This document shows, in pieces, positions 17,511 through 26,091 of a stretch of 64,000 nt of DNA. Origin of the DNA: a virus (Duplodnaviria; Caudoviricetes); the IMG/VR virus record IMGVR_UViG_3300023178_000006, one strand, 5' to 3'. Under the pieces are notes generated by a model. The model made no database searches. It was given only the letters and a program-made list of their open reading frames with translations, and was not told the origin of the DNA. Positions within the stretch are counted from its first letter, which is position 1. Each line of letters starts with the position of its first letter. A program made the position numbers and the translations under genes.

Positions 17511-18743
17511 ATGGGTATGAAAAAATCAGTTTTAGTTATTGATAATCTCACAGAAACTTTCGATGGTTCTGTAGTACGTTCTGGACTTCAAAAGAGTTCT
17601 AAACTTGATGCCAGAGCCTTCAGCAAATTAGGTTATCAAACAACTTATATGTATTGTGGGAGAGTAGTAGACCCAGGATATGAATACATGCACTATGGTG
17701 TAAACTCCCTTGGTGCAAAAGACCAAGCAATGAAAGAAGGTAAGAATCCTTCTCGTGTTAGTAGACACTATATTAAAAGATATTTAGAAAGTGTTAAGGA
17801 TATAATTGAAGACCACGATTATATCATCGCTCATTGTCATAGTGTTTCTATGATTACTACACTCAATCAACTCGTCAAGAATAAAAGAATTATGTTTATT
17901 ATTCATGATGTTATTGATTTAATGTGGTGTTATGGATTCAGTGATGTTATTCGTAGAATGAGAAAGACAGATAGGAATATGTGTTATATTGCTACGAACT
18001 CAAACTACTCAATTCAAAAGATGAATGACATTCATGAGCGTGCCATTAAAGCTGGTTATGAAGATATTCCATTAAGAGGTGATGATGCTTTTGATGGATT
18101 CATCGAACACTTTGTTTGGACTGACGAAAAAGTTACATCTGAAGATATTGAACAAGTTGAGAATAAGTCAGCAATCATAGGAAGATACTCTACAGATAAG
18201 TTCCACCACAAAGTATACGGATATAATAATCCACAAAACACGATTGTTCATTATGGTGTACGTGACCCAAGACGAGATAAGACTGGAAGATACTTTGAAA
18301 ATCTTCAAAAGAAAGCAAATGCTTATATGGAAAATCTTCCAGATGAAGAATTATTCGAAGCAATTAAAACATCTCAAAGTATTATACTACCTTGTTTTCA
18401 TGAGGGATTTGGTTATACCGCATTTGAAGCTGGAATCTATGGAGTAGTTCCAGTTATTTTAGTTAAACAATTAGACCACACACAACAAATGATACACGCA
18501 ACCTCAGAATATCTTTTACGTGCTAATGTTAAACACTATACCGCAGACTTCAACGATGCAGATGACATATATAAAGCTATAGACGAAAGTATTAAGGTGA
18601 CTCCTGAAGATAGGAGAAACATAAGCCGTAATCTTTTAAAATATTTTACTGTGACTAAATACGTCGAAGAAAGAATTTCACTATTAGATGGAATGGAAGA
18701 ACGTATTTCTAGTGAGGTTGACCTTGAGGATTTTTTTGTATGA
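17511..18743 (+). CDS. GT-B (GT4-like) glycosyltransferase, candidate DNA hmC glycosyltransferase
   Basis: PCFHEGFGYTAFEAG contains the E-x7-E motif of retaining GT-B enzymes; lies next to gp42. Confidence 0.72.
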   Translation: MGMKKSVLVIDNLTETFDGSVVRSGLQKSSKLDARAFSKLGYQTTYMYCGRVVDPGYEYMHYGVNSLGAKDQAMKEGKNPSRVSRHYIKRYLESVKDIIEDHDYIIAHCHSVSMITTLNQLVKNKRIMFIIHDVIDLMWCYGFSDVIRRMRKTDRNMCYIATNSNYSIQKMNDIHERAIKAGYEDIPLRGDDAFDGFIEHFVWTDEKVTSEDIEQVENKSAIIGRYSTDKFHHKVYGYNNPQNTIVHYGVRDPRRDKTGRYFENLQKKANAYMENLPDEELFEAIKTSQSIILPCFHEGFGYTAFEAGIYGVVPVILVKQLDHTQQMIHATSEYLLRANVKHYTADFNDADDIYKAIDESIKVTPEDRRNISRNLLKYFTVTKYVEERISLLDGMEERISSEVDLEDFFV

Positions 18744-19933
18744 TTAAACACGCATCTATCGTACCACTTATCGGTGGTGAAACTATTGGCTCAGAATTAG
18801 CGTTTGGTGAAAAGCCAACGTATATGATGTCATACGAGGCATTCGAAGCAAATGATGCTCATGCCCGTAATTACTATAGTGGTACTCCGTACTATGTTCT
18901 AGATAAGGGTGAGAATCCCTCTGAGAGTGTAGATGTAGTATCTTCTGTATGTCCATGTGCTGGACTATCTCAGCTATCCCACGGATTTGGTGATGATAAT
19001 CCAAATAACCAATGGATGGAAATTACCGCAAGACATGTACTTGAAAATGTAAAACCAAAAGTATTTTGGGGAGAAAATGCTCCAGGGTTTGCAGGTAAAA
19101 TTGGTGATACAGTAAGAAACAAACTAAAACAGATTGGAAAAGAAAACGGATATACTATGAGTGTATATCGAACAAGGTCACTATTACATGGTGGTCCACA
19201 AATTCGAGAGCGTTCATTCTATTTCTTTTGGAAAGACGAACGTACTCCTCTTTTAAGTTGGTACAATAAAGAACATACTAAAATCGAAGATGTTATTCGA
19301 AGTGTAGCAGGCTCAAATAGTTTTACTGACCCAATCAATCCAAAAACTCCAAGTAAAGATGACCTTTATTATAAGTTCGTATTAGACCATATACATGGTG
19401 GAATTACTCATAAAGAATTCTTTGAAATTGCTGAACCACAAAGAGTAAGAGCACAAGACATGTTTTCATATATAGAACGTAGCGGTTATGATTACAAGCA
19501 AGTCGGCGAATGGATGGAACAAAATGGATACGAAAAAGAAGTCGAGAAGTGTAATTACAAGTATGAGAAACTCAAAGCAGGCGGAAATATTATGCGACGT
19601 GGGACGATTATTCCTAAGGATTATATTGGTGCCTTTGTTGGGCACTATCCTACTTGTCTTACTCACCCTGATGATGATAGGTATATTAATTATCGCGAAG
19701 CTATGGCGATTATGGGATTACCTAACGATTTTGAATTACTCAACCCCAAAAAATCGGCGAACCACATCTGTCAAAACGTACCCGTACAAACAGCCCGAGA
19801 CATGGCTACGGAAGTAAAGAAATACTTAGAGGGTAAATTACAAATGGTTGATACTGATTACGTAGTTCAGTATAATCATCAACAGAAAAATAACTACGTA
19901 GAAAAATGCGATACACTTGAGGCTTTTATATGA
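18740..19933 (+). CDS. DNA cytosine-C5 methyltransferase-like protein with atypical motif I
   Basis: CPCAGLS (IV), GENAPG (VI), PQIRER (VIII), REAMAIMGLP (IX) and QNVP (X); motif I reads IVPLIGG. Confidence 0.7.
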   Translation: MIKHASIVPLIGGETIGSELAFGEKPTYMMSYEAFEANDAHARNYYSGTPYYVLDKGENPSESVDVVSSVCPCAGLSQLSHGFGDDNPNNQWMEITARHVLENVKPKVFWGENAPGFAGKIGDTVRNKLKQIGKENGYTMSVYRTRSLLHGGPQIRERSFYFFWKDERTPLLSWYNKEHTKIEDVIRSVAGSNSFTDPINPKTPSKDDLYYKFVLDHIHGGITHKEFFEIAEPQRVRAQDMFSYIERSGYDYKQVGEWMEQNGYEKEVEKCNYKYEKLKAGGNIMRRGTIIPKDYIGAFVGHYPTCLTHPDDDRYINYREAMAIMGLPNDFELLNPKKSANHICQNVPVQTARDMATEVKKYLEGKLQMVDTDYVVQYNHQQKNNYVEKCDTLEAFI

Positions 19934-20532
19934 AACACATGATTTTTGATTTTGAGACAATGGGTACAGAACCTATTGACTGTGCGGTTGTCGATGTATC
20001 AGCATTTGTTTTTGATTGGGATAGATTCGAAACTCGTCCATATACTTTAAAAGACGTACAGAACGTTAAAAGATGGAAGCTCTCAGTAAAAGACCAAGTA
20101 GAAAATTATAACTATAAGGTTGAAAATTCTGTAATTGAATTTTGGCAACAACAAGACAAAGAAGTACGTGATAAAGTAAAACCACAACCAACAGATTTAA
20201 CAGTAAAAGAATTCGTAAATGAGTTTCACGATTTTATTATTGATTCAAACATAAAATACTGGTGGAGTCGTAGTAACGCTTTCGACCCAGTAATTTTAAC
20301 AAGACTATTCGATTCACAAGGAAAGAAACAACACTTATATGAGTATTGTAAATATTATCTCGTACGTGACACCCGTACGTGGATTGATGCAAAATTAAAC
20401 TTTCCTAAGAAAAATGGATTTACAATTCCTGAGTGGGACGAAGCGTTTAAAGCACATGATAGTTCATGGGATATACTTATTGATGTATTAAGAATGCAAC
20501 TAATTCATAGAGCAGAATTTGATTTAGATTAA
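19930..20532 (+). CDS. dexA: DEDD 3'-5' exonuclease (DexA-like)
   Basis: IFDFET, WSR..AFD and H.S..D...D motifs. Confidence 0.7.
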   Translation: MKHMIFDFETMGTEPIDCAVVDVSAFVFDWDRFETRPYTLKDVQNVKRWKLSVKDQVENYNYKVENSVIEFWQQQDKEVRDKVKPQPTDLTVKEFVNEFHDFIIDSNIKYWWSRSNAFDPVILTRLFDSQGKKQHLYEYCKYYLVRDTRTWIDAKLNFPKKNGFTIPEWDEAFKAHDSSWDILIDVLRMQLIHRAEFDLD

Positions 20533-20542
20533 GGATTATATT

Positions 20543-21397
20543 ATGGAAATAAAAATACCAGTAGAAAATTTAAGAGATTATAAGTTGTTCGTTGGCGCAC
20601 CAATGTATGGTGGTCAATGTTCTGGACTATTTACAAAATCAACTAATGATTTGAGTATGTTATGTACTCAATATGGAATACCAATTAAATACTATTTCTT
20701 ATTCAATGAGAGTCTAGTACAAAGAGCTCGTAACTATGTCGTTGATGAGTTTATGAGAAGTGATTGTACTCACTTATTGTTTATTGATAGTGATATTGGT
20801 TTCAATCCTAGAGATGCTCTAGCACTTTTAGGTATTCAAACACAGGACCCAGAAAAATACGATATTGTAACAGGTCCTTATCCAAAGAAAACTATCGCTT
20901 GGGAAAAGATTGCTCAAGCAGCTGATAGAGGATTTCATAAAGAGAATCCATTTAATTTGGAACAATTCACATCAGACTTTGTCTTTAATCCTGTAAAAGG
21001 AACTAAAGAATTTAAAGTATCAGAACCCGTTGAAGTTCAAGAAGCCGGGACAGGATTTATGCTTATCCCAAGGTCAGCATTAGAAAAATATCGTGATGCT
21101 TATCCTGAACTTCAATACAAACCAGACCATGCACGTACTGATAACTTTGATGGGTCAAGAAAGATTACAGCATTCTTTGATTGTGTAATCGACCCACAAA
21201 CGAATAGGTACTTGTCAGAGGATTATTTCTTTTGTCATAAAGCAAGAGACATAGGACTCTCAGTTTGGATGTGTCCTTGGATGCAGATAAACCATGTTGG
21301 AACTTATATTTTCAAAGGTAATATGGCAGCACTAGGTCAACTAGGCGCTTCCCCTACTGCTAATGCTTCTTCTAACAAAAAAGCGTATAAAAAGTAA
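20543..21397 (+). CDS. GT-A fold glycosyltransferase-like protein
   Basis: SLVQRARN, HLLFIDSDI (DxD), GTGFMLI and LSEDYFFC. Confidence 0.7.
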   Translation: MEIKIPVENLRDYKLFVGAPMYGGQCSGLFTKSTNDLSMLCTQYGIPIKYYFLFNESLVQRARNYVVDEFMRSDCTHLLFIDSDIGFNPRDALALLGIQTQDPEKYDIVTGPYPKKTIAWEKIAQAADRGFHKENPFNLEQFTSDFVFNPVKGTKEFKVSEPVEVQEAGTGFMLIPRSALEKYRDAYPELQYKPDHARTDNFDGSRKITAFFDCVIDPQTNRYLSEDYFFCHKARDIGLSVWMCPWMQINHVGTYIFKGNMAALGQLGASPTANASSNKKAYKK

Positions 21398-21405
21398 AAT
21401 AACAG

Positions 21406-21434
21406 TTGACAACGCAACCAACTTGGTATATAAT
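21406..21434 (+). promoter_or_regulatory. Sigma70-type early promoter for gp45
   Basis: TTGACA 21406-21411, N17, TATAAT 21429-21434. Confidence 0.83.
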
Positions 21435-21468
21435 ATACCAGTAATATTAACATCGGAGAATCTATATT

Positions 21469-22131
21469 ATGAAATTTTCGAATGAAACATTGAGTGTTCT
21501 CAAAAGTTTTACCGCAATCAACAAATCAATTTTGATGAAAGAAGGTAATATTTTGAAAACCATCACTCCAGAAAAGACTTTGATTGCTATTGCAGAAATC
21601 CCAGATGAGATTCCAAGCGAAGCTTGTGTATATGACTTATCAAGATTTCTTTCAATTTTAAGTCTTTATAATGACCCAGACGTTGAGTTTGGAGATAAAT
21701 ACTTTATTATCTCTGAAGGTAAACGTAGAACTAAGTACGTCTACGCCGATATCTCTATGATACATACCCCGCCGGAAAAAGAAATTTCTCTTCCTTCGGC
21801 AGATGTTCAAGTGAGTGTATCAAACGGAGACTTGTCTTCTGTATTGAAGGCAGCAGGGGTACTCCAATTTTCAGAAATCGCATTTGTTGGCGAAAGTGGC
21901 AAGTGTTATCTGAAAGCAATCGACAGTACGAACGAAAACGCAGATGACTTTGGCGTTGAAATCGGTGAGACTGACGATGACTTCAAGATTATTATCAAAA
22001 CTGATAACTTGAAGTTAATGCCTTTAGATTATGAGGTTACACTTTGTTCAAAAGGTATCTCAGAATTTAAAGGTCAAGGTGTCACATATTATGTGGCTAT
22101 TGATTCAAAGTCGACTTATAATAAAAGGTGA
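21469..22131 (+). CDS. gp45: Sliding clamp
   Basis: MKFSNETLSVLKSF..IN.SI, IYDL..FL pattern and 220-aa size. Confidence 0.88.
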   Translation: MKFSNETLSVLKSFTAINKSILMKEGNILKTITPEKTLIAIAEIPDEIPSEACVYDLSRFLSILSLYNDPDVEFGDKYFIISEGKRRTKYVYADISMIHTPPEKEISLPSADVQVSVSNGDLSSVLKAAGVLQFSEIAFVGESGKCYLKAIDSTNENADDFGVEIGETDDDFKIIIKTDNLKLMPLDYEVTLCSKGISEFKGQGVTYYVAIDSKSTYNKR

Positions 22132-22427
22132 TTAATATGAATGAACCAGTAAATGGAAACTTTGGTGGCCAACAGCCCCAACAGCAACAAGAAGTTAAGA
22201 TTACTCTTAATGACTTGTCTACCGTCTTACAATTGATTGACATTGTCTCTCAACGTGGCGGGTTCCAAGGAAACGAACTGGCAGGTGTAGGTATGCTAAG
22301 AAATAAAATCGAAGCATTCTTACGTCAAAATGCACCACAACAAGAGCAACTCGACGGTGTCGGCGCTCAAGAAGTGGATGTAGATTTGCCAGCTGAAGGT
22401 CCCTTGGCTGATAAAGTAGTTGATTAA
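22128..22427 (+). CDS. Hypothetical protein
   Basis: Gln-rich N-terminus and L.DL..VLQLID...RGGF; lies between gp45 and gp44. Confidence 0.6.
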   Translation: MINMNEPVNGNFGGQQPQQQQEVKITLNDLSTVLQLIDIVSQRGGFQGNELAGVGMLRNKIEAFLRQNAPQQEQLDGVGAQEVDVDLPAEGPLADKVVD

Positions 22428-22454
22428 TAACAACTACGCTCTTTCTCGAGAACA

Positions 22455-22480
22455 GGGGACTTGGCCATAAACCAGTCCCC
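22455..22480 (+). terminator. GC-rich hairpin, possible terminator or processing site
   Basis: GGGGACT-TGG...CCA-GTCCCC stem in an intergenic gap; U-tract is weak. Confidence 0.45.
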
Positions 22481-22520
22481 GCCCTTTATCTCAACTTTTA
22501 TATTATGAATATGGTGACCT

Positions 22521-23471
22521 ATGGAAACAAAAACAAATGAAGTACTTTGGGTAGAAAAGTATCGTCCTCAAAATATTGAGGATACTATTCTTCCTGAAAC
22601 TATGAAAAACACTTTTCGCAAATTTGTATCAGACGAAAGTGTTCCCAATCTCTTATTAACTGGTGGACCAGGTGTAGGTAAAACAACAATTGCAAAAGCA
22701 ATGCTTGAAGAACTTGGTTGTGATTACATTATTAAAAATGGTTCGCTTAACGTTAACATCGATTCTATTCGATATGACATTTCAACTTTCGCATCTGCCG
22801 TATCTCTCACAGGTACAGGTCGAAAGTATGTAATATTTGATGAAGCAGATTATTTGAACGCAGCAAATGTTCAACCTGCTCTTCGTAATTTTATTGAAGA
22901 ATACTCCGCTAACTGTGGATTTATCTTTACTTGTAATTTTAAGAATAGAATCATCTCTCCACTTCGCTCTCGTCTTTCTGAAGTGGACTTTACAATTGCA
23001 CAAGAAGAAAGACCACAACTCGCAATGCAGTTCTTTAAGCGAGTTATCAATATTCTCGAAAACGAAAATGTACAATATGACAAAGCTGTCGTAGCAAAAG
23101 TTATTGAAAAACATTTCCCAGATTTTCGTAGAGTATTAACTGAATTACAATCCTATGCAGCATCAGGTAAAATTGACGAAGGTATCTTTGTTAATTTAAA
23201 ACAAGAATCTATTGACGAACTCTTTACATTCTTAAAAGCTAAAAACTTTACTGAAATGCGCAAATGGGTTGCAAGAAATTCTGACCAAGACATGAATGAA
23301 ATGTTTCGTAGATTTTATGACATGGCATCAGATAAAGTAGAATTTAGAACGCAACCAGGTTTTATCGTCACCCTTGCAGATTACATGTATAAAAGTAATT
23401 TTGTAGCTGACCAAGAAATTAACATGGTTGCCTTTTTAACAGAGGTAATGATTGAATCGGAATTCGTCTAA
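22521..23471 (+). CDS. gp44: Clamp loader large subunit
   Basis: LWVEKYRP, GGPGVGKTT, DEAD and SRL. Confidence 0.93.
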   Translation: METKTNEVLWVEKYRPQNIEDTILPETMKNTFRKFVSDESVPNLLLTGGPGVGKTTIAKAMLEELGCDYIIKNGSLNVNIDSIRYDISTFASAVSLTGTGRKYVIFDEADYLNAANVQPALRNFIEEYSANCGFIFTCNFKNRIISPLRSRLSEVDFTIAQEERPQLAMQFFKRVINILENENVQYDKAVVAKVIEKHFPDFRRVLTELQSYAASGKIDEGIFVNLKQESIDELFTFLKAKNFTEMRKWVARNSDQDMNEMFRRFYDMASDKVEFRTQPGFIVTLADYMYKSNFVADQEINMVAFLTEVMIESEFV

Positions 23472-23671
23472 TGGCACTCAACATATTAAGTAACGGAAAG
23501 AAATGTTTTAACTGTGCTTGTCGTATAAAAGGAGGTGAAGAATATACGATAAAGCTGGAAACATTAGAAGGACCACATCAGGTTTTAATGTGTGAAGAAT
23601 GTGCTAAAGACTTTGACAAAATCATGATTGAATTAGAGGACGTAATAAGTGAAAGAAATAAGTCCGTTTGA
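23471..23671 (+). CDS. Small CxxC-CxxC zinc-finger protein
   Basis: CFNC...CEEC. Confidence 0.55.
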   Translation: MALNILSNGKKCFNCACRIKGGEEYTIKLETLEGPHQVLMCEECAKDFDKIMIELEDVISERNKSV

Positions 23672-24041
23672 TTTTATGAATGCAGCTTCTTTCAGTAAGG
23701 AAGATGTAATTCGTAATAGTGAAAATCCAGATATAACTGAAAAACAATATAACGCATACATCGTCAATCGAGGTTTCGCAAACTTCGAAGATACTATATT
23801 ACACGCAAATGAAATGAATCAACGTCATGAATTGTTCCTTGGTGCTCAATTCGATTATTACCGCTCTGTACTAAGAAAAAGAAAAAGATTTTCAAAATGG
23901 CATAAAGCAGAAAAGAGTAATGACCTTGATGCGATACAAGAAGTGTATCAGTGTAATAGGACTGTAGCAAAGCAATATTTGAAAGTGTTATCTAAAGAAG
24001 AACTTCAAACGGTACATGATAAGCTTATCACTGGTGGCTAA
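23649..24041 (+). CDS. gp62: Clamp loader small subunit
   Basis: Y..YIVNR.F, HANEMN and RKRKRFSKW; GTG start. Confidence 0.85.
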   Translation: MKEISPFDFMNAASFSKEDVIRNSENPDITEKQYNAYIVNRGFANFEDTILHANEMNQRHELFLGAQFDYYRSVLRKRKRFSKWHKAEKSNDLDAIQEVYQCNRTVAKQYLKVLSKEELQTVHDKLITGG

Positions 24042-24119
24042 GTTTCCTTATTAATAAATAAGGTTATAATATGGTTATATACCATGCCACAAGTAAAATT
24101 ATAAAGGTGAATATAAATC

Positions 24120-24524
24120 ATGGAAAACGAAGACATTTTCAGAGGAGTGGGTGTAGAAGTTACTTTACCAACACCAGACTCCTTTCTAAAAATCAAAGAG
24201 ACACTAACTCGTATTGGAATCTCTTCTCGTAAAGAAAAGAAGTTATTTCAGTCATGCCATATTCTTCATAAGCAAGGTAGATATTCGATTCTACATTTTA
24301 AAGAATTGTTTATCTTAGATGGTAAGCATAATACGTTTACAGAAGAAGACCACGCAAGACGTAATACGATTGTTAACCTATTAGAAGAGTGGGAATTAAT
24401 TAAAATTGTCGACCCTTCTAAAACTAAAGAGCCCGTTGCTTCTCTTAATCAGATAAAGATTATCGCTTTTAAAGAGAAAGACGAATGGGACCTTACAGTA
24501 AAATATAATATTGGTAAGAAATAG
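24120..24524 (+). CDS. regA: Translational repressor RegA
   Basis: FLKIKETLTRIGI.SRK, QSCHILHKQGRY.I.HFKELF.LDG and RRNTI. Confidence 0.93.
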   Translation: MENEDIFRGVGVEVTLPTPDSFLKIKETLTRIGISSRKEKKLFQSCHILHKQGRYSILHFKELFILDGKHNTFTEEDHARRNTIVNLLEEWELIKIVDPSKTKEPVASLNQIKIIAFKEKDEWDLTVKYNIGKK

Positions 24525-24553
24525 TTGACATTCTAAATAGAATGTGTTATAAT
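24525..24553 (+). promoter_or_regulatory. Sigma70-type early promoter for dUTPase
   Basis: TTGACA 24525-24530, N17, TATAAT 24548-24553. Confidence 0.82.
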
Positions 24554-24662
24554 ATAATGATTAGGCAGGTGCAACAACCTTCTACTTCAGAAAAAGAAAA
24601 GAAGGAAAGAATAAAACAGGCACAGAATCCTAGAAACGGTTGAATAGGAATTTGAATACATA

Positions 24663-25178
24663 ATGAGTTTATTATCAGTTTATAGAAAGAACTCTCAAAT
24701 CGATATCCCTACCCTCGCTACTGAAGGGTCAGCATGTTTTGACATTAAATCTTATTTTAAATCAGGACAAAAGATTCGTTGCTTCAATCCAGTCAATAAA
24801 GAGGTTGAAGTATTAACAAAAGAAATTCAACAAGAAGTATCATTCCTTCTTCATCCAGCTCATAGAGCATTTATACCAACAGGTTTAATATTCGACATTC
24901 CCGAAAATCACGTATTGAAAATGTATATTCGTAGTAGTGTGGCAGCTAAAAAGGGATTAGCATTAACAAATGGTGTTGGTATTATTGATAGTGATTACGT
25001 AGACGAAACACATATTTTAGTGACTAATATTTCAGATGCTATTGTACGTATTAATAGTGGTGAAAGGTTAGCGCAGTGTAAGTTGGAAAGAAATTTAGAA
25101 ACAGAAATATGGGAGACCGATAAACCACCTTCTCAGAAAACTGATAGAGAAGGTGGGATAGGAAGTACTGGAGATTAA
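24663..25178 (+). CDS. dut: Trimeric dUTPase
   Basis: GSACFD, RSS...K.G, GIIDSDY, GERLAQ and R.GG.GSTG. Confidence 0.92.
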   Translation: MSLLSVYRKNSQIDIPTLATEGSACFDIKSYFKSGQKIRCFNPVNKEVEVLTKEIQQEVSFLLHPAHRAFIPTGLIFDIPENHVLKMYIRSSVAAKKGLALTNGVGIIDSDYVDETHILVTNISDAIVRINSGERLAQCKLERNLETEIWETDKPPSQKTDREGGIGSTGD

Positions 25179-25258
25179 GCCAAGAACTTTTCAGAGACTG
25201 TTAATAAATCGCCAGACTTCATTAATTCGTCGAATTTTTTAAATAAATCGTATAGCAT
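25175..25258 (-). CDS. 27-aa peptide MLYDLFKKFDELMKSGDLLTVSEKFLA
   Basis: ATG at 25258, AGGAG RBS at 25270-25266, minus-strand TATAAATA at 25299-25292; below the ORF-track cutoff. Confidence 0.55.
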   Translation of the reverse strand: MLYDLFKKFDELMKSGDLLTVSEKFLA

Positions 25259-25269
25259 TGTATTTCTCC

Positions 25270-25299
25270 TATAAATATTTTGTATATACTTTATTTATA
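25270..25299. promoter_or_regulatory. Face-to-face pair of T4-type late promoters
   Basis: TATAAATA on + at 25270-25277 and on - at 25299-25292. Confidence 0.6.
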
Positions 25300-25336
25300 T
25301 CAAATGTTACATGTGTGTGACAAAAAGGTGACAAAA

Positions 25337-25486
25337 ATGAAAAAAGATGACACGTTAATCATTAAGATTAACAAAGAACAAAAGAAAGAATTCATACAGA
25401 TATGCAAAGATGATGACACATCTGCATCGCGTGAAGTACGTAATTTTATTAAAAACTTTATTAAAACACACGCAGAAGCTGTATAA
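25337..25486 (+). CDS. Ribbon-helix-helix (CopG/Arc-like) DNA-binding protein
   Basis: 49 aa: beta-strand LIIKI, helix EQKKEFIQIC, then SASREVRNFIKNFI; start reassigned to ATG 25337 after AAGGTGA. Confidence 0.6.
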   Translation: MKKDDTLIIKINKEQKKEFIQICKDDDTSASREVRNFIKNFIKTHAEAV

Positions 25487-25489
25487 ATA
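25482..25489 (+). promoter_or_regulatory. Late promoter upstream of hsp20
   Basis: TATAAATA. Confidence 0.6.
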
Positions 25490-25577
25490 AGTTTTGTATA
25501 CGCCGAGAGGGTATACGAAAATGGTGGCGCGCTAACTAGCGGCCGAATAATAATATCTAGCTTAATAGGAGATAAAA

Positions 25578-26024
25578 ATGACTGGATTAAATATAAACCA
25601 CTTAACCCCTTTTGCTGTCGGATTCGATAGAGTGTTTGACAGATTAGTTGAATTCCCACAAACTCACGCAGCAACAGGATTCCCACCTTATAATATCAGA
25701 AGAAATAAAGACGGTGATAAGTTCTCTATTGAACTTGCATTGGCTGGTCTCGATATTAATGATGTGGATATTGAAGTTAAAGAAGATGTACTTACAGTAA
25801 AATCTACTTGGGACGAAAAACCAGAAGATAATACTTTAGTAATACACAAAGGAATTTCTCAAAAGAAATTTACTCGTAGCTTTACATTAGCTGACGACTT
25901 AAAAGTAGTTGGTGCTAACTTCAAAAATGGTTTGTTGGTCATTGGACTCGAAAGGATTATTCCTGAAGATAAAAGACCACAAAAAATCAAAATTGACAAC
26001 AAGAAAGAATTCTTGGTAGGTTAA
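25578..26024 (+). CDS. hsp20: Small heat-shock protein (Hsp20/IbpA-like)
   Basis: FPPYNI, IELALAG, HKGIS...FTRSFTL and NGLL.I.LER.IPE. Confidence 0.93.
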   Translation: MTGLNINHLTPFAVGFDRVFDRLVEFPQTHAATGFPPYNIRRNKDGDKFSIELALAGLDINDVDIEVKEDVLTVKSTWDEKPEDNTLVIHKGISQKKFTRSFTLADDLKVVGANFKNGLLVIGLERIIPEDKRPQKIKIDNKKEFLVG

Positions 26025-26029
26025 TTTTT

Positions 26030-26059
26030 AATCCGGGAGGGCGCAATGCTCTCCCGATT
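26030..26059 (+). terminator. Intrinsic terminator after hsp20
   Basis: CGGGAG...CTCCCG stem followed by ATTTT. Confidence 0.6.
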
Positions 26060-26091
26060 TTATAACATGTTATTGAAAGGAAATTTAAATT

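Noticed and set aside
24046-24085. Two small hairpins upstream of regA
   Set aside because: AT-rich short stems are expected by chance here; no further evidence of function.
24557-24643. 28-codon ORF MIRQVQQPSTSEKEKKERIKQAQNPRNG
   Set aside because: The ATG lies only 3 nt after the -10 box, probably upstream of the transcription start, and has no RBS.
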